Source of the DNA: Oligoflexus sp.
GTDB taxonomy: Bacteria > Bdellovibrionota_B > Oligoflexia > Oligoflexales > Oligoflexaceae
NCBI GenBank assembly: GCA_041736305.1
Contig: JBGSTX010000235.1
Location: forward strand, 1 to 11,290
Direction: 5' to 3'
DNA length: 11,290 bases
The notes beneath the pieces are model-generated. The model was not told the origin of the DNA, searched no databases, and saw only the letters and a list, made by a program, of their open reading frames with translations. Below are positions 7,065 through 11,290 of this stretch, one piece after another (position 1 is the first letter of the stretch; every line of letters begins with the position of its first letter). Both the position numbers and the translations under genes were made by a program.

Positions 7065-8021
7065 CTAGCCCAGTTTTTTCAACAGTTCATTTTCGATAAG
7101 CTGGTCAATATCGTCCTGGCTTTGGCTCTGCCGACGCGAGAGATTGTCGGCAGCCTGGTAGAGTTTTTCGAGCTGGGCGGCTTTGCCTAGCAGGGTTTCA
7201 GGGATCGGATGGCTTTCGCGCAATTCGCGTAGGATCAGATAGAGAGTCTTAGCGCTTTCCATCATGAGTTGCCAATGCTTGTCGGTGATGACGGGAGAAG
7301 CTGGGGATTCATAGGTGCGCGCCACGTCGTCGACTATGCGCGCAAGGTTTTGCATTTCGGCAAAGCCCTTGGTCGCCTTCAGAAAGGCAAAGGCCCCGAT
7401 GAGTCCATTAAAACGTTGGCCGACGCTGCGGACGAGGTCGGTGCGATTCTTATCTTTGGCGACGGTATTGAGCAGCTCGACCGTCTCTTTGAGGTGAGCT
7501 GAGGTTTCGAGTAGCGTGATGCTGCCCTTCTGCTCCGCTGTTTGGGTGCTAGCATGAGCGTCTGCAGCTGGAGTCGCTGGCTTTTTGCCTTCGCTCTCTT
7601 TAGGTGCCTGGAGAGCTGCACGAGTCCCGTGGAAGGTCTTGTTGAACTGGGCCTGAGCCATCGGCATAAAGTATATCTGGGCCAAGGGAATCAAAGTCTG
7701 GATCGCATCTCGCACCTGCAGCGACTGCCCTTCGTCGAGAAAGATGAGGATGCGACTATCGCCCGAAGATTTGTGCGCAGCGAAGAGCTCGAGGCTGACT
7801 TTCAGTTCAGCTGCCTTCATAGTGGTAGCATCGAGTACAAAGTTGCCGCAAAATTCATCTTGATCGAAATGAAGGAGGGCGCCTTGCATATGCTCAACTA
7901 CAATTTTCTCCGCCGCGATTGCCGAACCGTTTAAAAACGTGATGGCCTTGCGTTTGAACTCTTTGTCTGAAGTCATGATAACGCTTTTGACATTTTCTTT
8001 GCGTAACCCAACTCTTACCAA
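7065..8021 (-). CDS. hypothetical signalling protein (318 aa): degenerate receiver-like domain + linker + His-less Hpt-like bundle + CheZ/FliM-like acidic tail
   Basis: TTG start at 8021 with a perfect AGGAGG 7 nt upstream. N-terminal (beta/alpha)5 pattern (SVIMTSD, NFVLD, RILIFL, IYFMP), Ala/Pro/Lys linker, helical region resembling CheA P1 (VRSVGQRFNGLIGAFAF vs LNAIFRAAHSIKGGAGTF), C-terminal SQDDIDQLI. The ORF is solid; the domain calls are by eye. Confidence 0.7.
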   Translation of the reverse strand: MVRVGLRKENVKSVIMTSDKEFKRKAITFLNGSAIAAEKIVVEHMQGALLHFDQDEFCGNFVLDATTMKAAELKVSLELFAAHKSSGDSRILIFLDEGQSLQVRDAIQTLIPLAQIYFMPMAQAQFNKTFHGTRAALQAPKESEGKKPATPAADAHASTQTAEQKGSITLLETSAHLKETVELLNTVAKDKNRTDLVRSVGQRFNGLIGAFAFLKATKGFAEMQNLARIVDDVARTYESPASPVITDKHWQLMMESAKTLYLILRELRESHPIPETLLGKAAQLEKLYQAADNLSRRQSQSQDDIDQLIENELLKKLG

Positions 8022-8058
8022 CGCACGTCCTCCTAGCACTCATAAGGCATATAGTTCA

Positions 8059-8085
8059 CTATCGGTCGGAGTCTGCTGCAGCTTA
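8059..8085 (-). promoter_or_regulatory. sigma28-type promoter upstream of the receiver/Hpt-like gene
   Basis: Minus strand TAAG-N15-ACCGATAG (consensus TAAA-N15-GCCGATAA). It shares CCGATAGTG with the 5815-5841 site and lies between the upstream terminator and the RBS. Confidence 0.6.
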
Positions 8086-8110
8086 GCTTTTCTATTTAAG
8101 TATCTGATAT

Positions 8111-8141
8111 AAAAACGAAAAAGGCCGCCTTCCGGCGGCCT
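8111..8141 (-). terminator. intrinsic (Rho-independent) terminator of the cytochrome c lipoprotein gene
   Basis: Minus strand AGGCCGCC-GGAA-GGCGGCCT followed by TTTTCGTTTTT: perfect 8-bp GC-rich stem, GNRA loop, 14 nt after the stop at 8156. Confidence 0.92.
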
Positions 8142-8155
8142 CGCAGAGTTCGAGT

Positions 8156-8956
8156 TTAGAGGCCACCGACATAAAAGGTGTAAAGCTGGTTCGTACTGAG
8201 TCCCGCCGCCTGTCCTTCGGGCTGCAACCAGAGCGAACGACGTAATTCGTAGCTGCTGCGTCCGAAGAGTTCATAGCTCTGGAGGTAATCGTTATTGTTA
8301 TTCCTATAGAGAATCCGCTTTAGAGCTAGAGAACTGGGAGCTTCGGCCTTGAGATCGATTTCTGGATAGTTATGGTCCGCCCAGCTGAGCAGCATGGCAA
8401 TCGACATATCCTCTAGGGGGCGGCTCGGGGGCATTGTCTCATTCTCAGCCGACATAACGATCGCACGACCAGCTGCTTTAGCTTCTGAGTAAACGGTATA
8501 GCTTGGATGGCACGAGGCACAGTGCTCACTCAGGAGAGGTTTGATGTGATCCGTAAAATTGATGGTGGTAGCTTTGAGAGCTGCCGGGCCCGATGGTTCG
8601 CTGTATTCACCTATCTGCACTGTGATCAGGTAGTTGCAGGACGATTGCACAGTTAGTTTGAGAAGCATGCCATCATCATAGACGCCTGATTTTTCGTGAA
8701 CTTCAGATCGAGGACAGTTGTTACCTTCGCCTTGGATCTTGTAATAATAGCCCGTAATCATTTCATCGATATTAGGAATCTGCTGGCGAAGCGTCGCCCG
8801 ATCCGGAAGGGTAAAGGTGAATTCTACGGGACTATTCGGAACAGCGTCGAGCGAGGCTGTCTTGGTCTGTCGACGTTCAATTCGCTCGACTTCCTGACCG
8901 CAGCCTATAGCGGCTGCGCATGTGAGTAAGGAAAAAAGTTGCAGACTTCTTTTCAC
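8156..8956 (-). CDS. lipoprotein with an internal monoheme c-type cytochrome domain, 266 aa
   Basis: GTG start with GGAGG RBS and lipobox AIGC (Cys19). INFTDHIKPLLSEHCASCH (CXXCH at 8507-8521) is followed by TMPP (candidate distal Met) and ...MLLSWAD, a pattern like Planctomycete-type cytochrome c domains. Confidence 0.8.
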   Translation of the reverse strand: MKRSLQLFSLLTCAAAIGCGQEVERIERRQTKTASLDAVPNSPVEFTFTLPDRATLRQQIPNIDEMITGYYYKIQGEGNNCPRSEVHEKSGVYDDGMLLKLTVQSSCNYLITVQIGEYSEPSGPAALKATTINFTDHIKPLLSEHCASCHPSYTVYSEAKAAGRAIVMSAENETMPPSRPLEDMSIAMLLSWADHNYPEIDLKAEAPSSLALKRILYRNNNNDYLQSYELFGRSSYELRRSLWLQPEGQAAGLSTNQLYTFYVGGL

Positions 8957-9000
8957 GGCTCATTCCTCCAAAAACCTAAAGGAGGTGTCGGAGGACCGTG
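8954..9000 (-). promoter_or_regulatory. 5' UTR hairpin occluding the RBS and start codon of the cytochrome lipoprotein gene
   Basis: mRNA 5'-CACGG TCCTCC GAC ACCT CCTTT AGGT TTTT GGAGGA ATGAG CCGTG-3'. Pairings: CACGG/CCGTG (contains the GTG start), TCCTCC/GGAGGA (the SD) and ACCT/AGGT. Confidence 0.6.
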
Positions 9001-9116
9001 TGCCGGTCTCGATGATGGCAATATTTGAGCTATAAAATCAACGGATTAAAATATAAAATTAAGGGGATCGGACGAAATTCACTTGAGTCTAAAAATTATT
9101 TCACAATTCTGCCGTC

Positions 9117-10508
9117 TCAAGAACCGAGGATATGCCCCCCGCAAACCCTCAGCACGCTGCCGTTGATTCCCTGCGAGGAGGGGCTCGCGAGGAAACAGAC
9201 CATTTCTGCAACATCGTCCGGAAGACCCCCCTGGCCAAGCGTCGCCAGTCTCCGAGCAAACTGCTTGGCCACAAATGGTATTTGGGCGGTCATGGGCGTT
9301 TCTATAAAACCAGGAGCGACCGCATTACAGCTTATGCCCTGCCGCGCAAGGTGAGTGGAGAGACCTTCGATCAGGCCTATGAGACCAGCCTTGGCGGTAC
9401 CATAGTTGGTCTGCCCGTAGTTGCCAGCGAGAGCAACGATGGAAGACAGACAGATGACCCGTCCACCGTTAGCCAATAGACCTCTATGCAAGAGTTGGTG
9501 GGTCAGCTGCAGAGGGGCTTTGAGATTGATCTGCAGCACGCTATCCCACTGCGCTTTTTCCATCGCAAAAAGCGAGCGATCGCGCGTGATGCCTGCATTG
9601 TTGATCAAGATGTCGAGTGGCGCAGGACTGTTTTGCAGACGATCTACGAGAGAGAGCAGGTCGGATTCTAGGCTCAGATCAGCTTCTAAAGCTTCGCCGT
9701 CGACGTTGCTGGCCAACTCCCGGAGAGCTTGTCGATTCTGCGGTCGGTCGACTCCTATGACATGCACGCCCTCATCCGCAAGACGTCGGCAGATAGCGTA
9801 GCCTATACCCTGTGCAGCGCCCGTGACGAGCGCGCGTTTACCGGCCAGCGATCCAGCCAAAGGTGGAAGTTCGGCTAGCTCAGCCAGAGTACTGAGTCTT
9901 AAGATTTGCCCGGTAACGAAAGTGCAATGATCGGAGAGGAGGAAACTCACGATCGGCGCCAGCCGTTGCGCACTCTCAGGATGCTCCGGAACCTGCACTG
10001 CATTGACGACCGTGCCTTTGGCGCCCAACTCTTTGGCTAGACTGCGGACGAATCCTTCGACAGCTCGCGCACAGGCTCGGGCTTCGGGTGCCGCCGCTCC
10101 TGGCCATTCCTTGATGAGAATTACCACGCGATGATTGAATCCAAGTTGCTTCAGATGCGATTGGAAGAACTTGAAAAGCTGATCGAGTTCGGCAACGTTC
10201 TGAAAGGCTGTGCTGTCGAACACAGTACCTTGATAGGCGGCGATGCGGGTTAAAGCACCTTTGCTTTCCCCCACATTCAGCGATTCATCCTTCACAAATG
10301 TCACAAGGCCCTTCTGTGCACCAAGAGCCTTCTTGAGATCGGCAGAGTAGGGACCCGCTGCGTTCATGAGCACCTGCTTGCCATGCAGGAGGTCATCTGA
10401 CCAGGGACGAAAGGCGCGCAAAAGCTGAGGTGGAGTCTTGATCCCGATGCGCTTGAACATCAGGCGGGTCAAAGGCAAGCGCCCCAATTCGGTCCAGGCA
10501 TCCAGCAT
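9117..10508 (-). CDS. fabG: high-molecular-weight 3-oxoacyl-(ACP/CoA) reductase, FabG4-like SDR, 463 aa
   Basis: C-terminal SDR domain with TGAAQGIG, NNAGITRD, SS..ALAGNYGQTNYGTAK (YxxxK), AVAPGFIETPMT and QGGLPDDVAE. The N-terminal degenerate SDR-like domain (ARAVEGFVRSLAKELGAKG, FLLSDHCTFVTGQ) is typical of FabG4. Start re-assigned to ATG at 10508 with GAGGA RBS. Confidence 0.92.
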   Translation of the reverse strand: MLDAWTELGRLPLTRLMFKRIGIKTPPQLLRAFRPWSDDLLHGKQVLMNAAGPYSADLKKALGAQKGLVTFVKDESLNVGESKGALTRIAAYQGTVFDSTAFQNVAELDQLFKFFQSHLKQLGFNHRVVILIKEWPGAAAPEARACARAVEGFVRSLAKELGAKGTVVNAVQVPEHPESAQRLAPIVSFLLSDHCTFVTGQILRLSTLAELAELPPLAGSLAGKRALVTGAAQGIGYAICRRLADEGVHVIGVDRPQNRQALRELASNVDGEALEADLSLESDLLSLVDRLQNSPAPLDILINNAGITRDRSLFAMEKAQWDSVLQINLKAPLQLTHQLLHRGLLANGGRVICLSSIVALAGNYGQTNYGTAKAGLIGLIEGLSTHLARQGISCNAVAPGFIETPMTAQIPFVAKQFARRLATLGQGGLPDDVAEMVCFLASPSSQGINGSVLRVCGGHILGS

Positions 10509-10766
10509 AATCTTCCTCTTCCTCTCCCCGGTCTCGGGTCTCGGGTCAGCACAACCCCTCACGGCAGTCCACTAAACTAACAAAGGCGAACTCGACTCTC
10601 AAGCTTTCTCAAGCTCCCTGAGCGGTCTTCTTTGCTTCAAGACTGGCGCTTTTTTCACGAAAGCCCAATTCCCACCTTTCGGTAAAGCCCGAAATGTCGC
10701 CACTAAGACTTTAAAGCTCAGCCAACGTATGACCGAAGAGCAAGGGAGTCTAATAAGGACAATGAG

Positions 10767-11290
10767 ATGAGCGGTGCCCTCTTGCGACAGACAGCGAACT
10801 CTCTCGCCTCCCCGGAACAGATTCCGGGATACTGTAGACTCGAAAAGATTTTCGAGAGTCCGCGCAGCCGCGTGTTTCGAGCGGAACGTGAAAGTGATGG
10901 CAAGTCAGTCATTCTCAAGCTCCTCCAAGAAGATTTTCTAGAGCGCCATGAAATAGCCCGCTATAAAAACCAGTTCCGAATCGCATCGGAAGCCAGCCTG
11001 AGTTGTGCTCCCGCGATCTACGCCTACGAGAAGCATCACAACGCACCCATGATCGTCTCTGAGGACTGTGGCGGCAATTCGCTGGATGAGCTCTTGGGCA
11101 AGGGGCCTTTAGAGCTCTCTCTGGGCATCGATATCGCCGTGCGGCTCGCCAAAGCTCTGGTCGAAATCCATTCGAAAAATATTATTCACAAAGATATCAA
11201 CCCCAGCAATATTCTCTATGTCAAAGCCAGCGGGGATATCAAAATCATCGACTTTGGTATTTCAACGCGCCTCTTTCGAGAGCAGGCTCA
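10767..11290 (+). CDS. Hanks-type Ser/Thr protein kinase domain, 5' part of a gene running off the window (probably HstK-like multidomain kinase/AAA/sensor protein)
   Basis: Not in the ORF track; translated by hand: MSGALLRQ...IPGYCRLEKIFESPRSRVFRAERESDGKSVILKLL...RYKNQFRIA...EDCGGNSL...IHSKNIIHKDINPSNIL...IKIIDFGISTRL. It has the beta3 Lys, catalytic loop HKDINPSN and DFG, with TAAGGA RBS 7 nt upstream. Confidence 0.92.
   Translation, partial: MSGALLRQTANSLASPEQIPGYCRLEKIFESPRSRVFRAERESDGKSVILKLLQEDFLERHEIARYKNQFRIASEASLSCAPAIYAYEKHHNAPMIVSEDCGGNSLDELLGKGPLELSLGIDIAVRLAKALVEIHSKNIIHKDINPSNILYVKASGDIKIIDFGISTRLFREQA

Noticed and set aside
8033-8059. CIRCE-like half site CTAGCACTC
   Set aside because: No GAGTGCTAA arm at the 9-bp spacing, and it is far from the Hsp70 operon promoter.
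8978-9015. Perfect plus-strand SD (AAAGGAGGTG) before a tiny ORF (GTG TGC CGG TCT CGA TGA)
   Set aside because: Only five codons; better explained as the anti-SD arm of the minus-strand leader hairpin.
9063-9089. Possible sigma28 site for the lipoprotein gene (TAGA-N15-TCCGATCC, minus strand)
   Set aside because: Too many mismatches in both boxes.

Overview
A chromosomal-looking bacterial region of moderate GC with no mobile element, rRNA, tRNA or CRISPR array. The gene content suggests a predatory/deltaproteobacteria-like lineage such as Oligoflexia/Bdellovibrionota, but this is a low-confidence inference. Left half: a translationally coupled minus-strand three-gene operon encoding a membrane-anchored coiled-coil DUF2760-like protein, a 609-aa atypical Hsp70 and a 913-aa atypical Hsp70 with a large helical C-terminal extension (DUF3731-like). 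The first protein's C-terminus looks GrpE-like, suggesting a self-contained, membrane-tethered Hsp70-pair system with no J-protein in the window. Right half: a small outer-membrane beta-barrel gene, apaG, an unusual pseudo-receiver / His-less Hpt-like / CheZ-like-tail protein, a monoheme cytochrome c lipoprotein whose RBS and start codon lie in a hairpin, a FabG4-type reductase, and the 5' end of an HstK-type Ser/Thr kinase missing from the ORF track. The barrel gene and the Hpt-like gene both have sigma28-like promoters. All family assignments are by motif recognition by eye; no searches were run.
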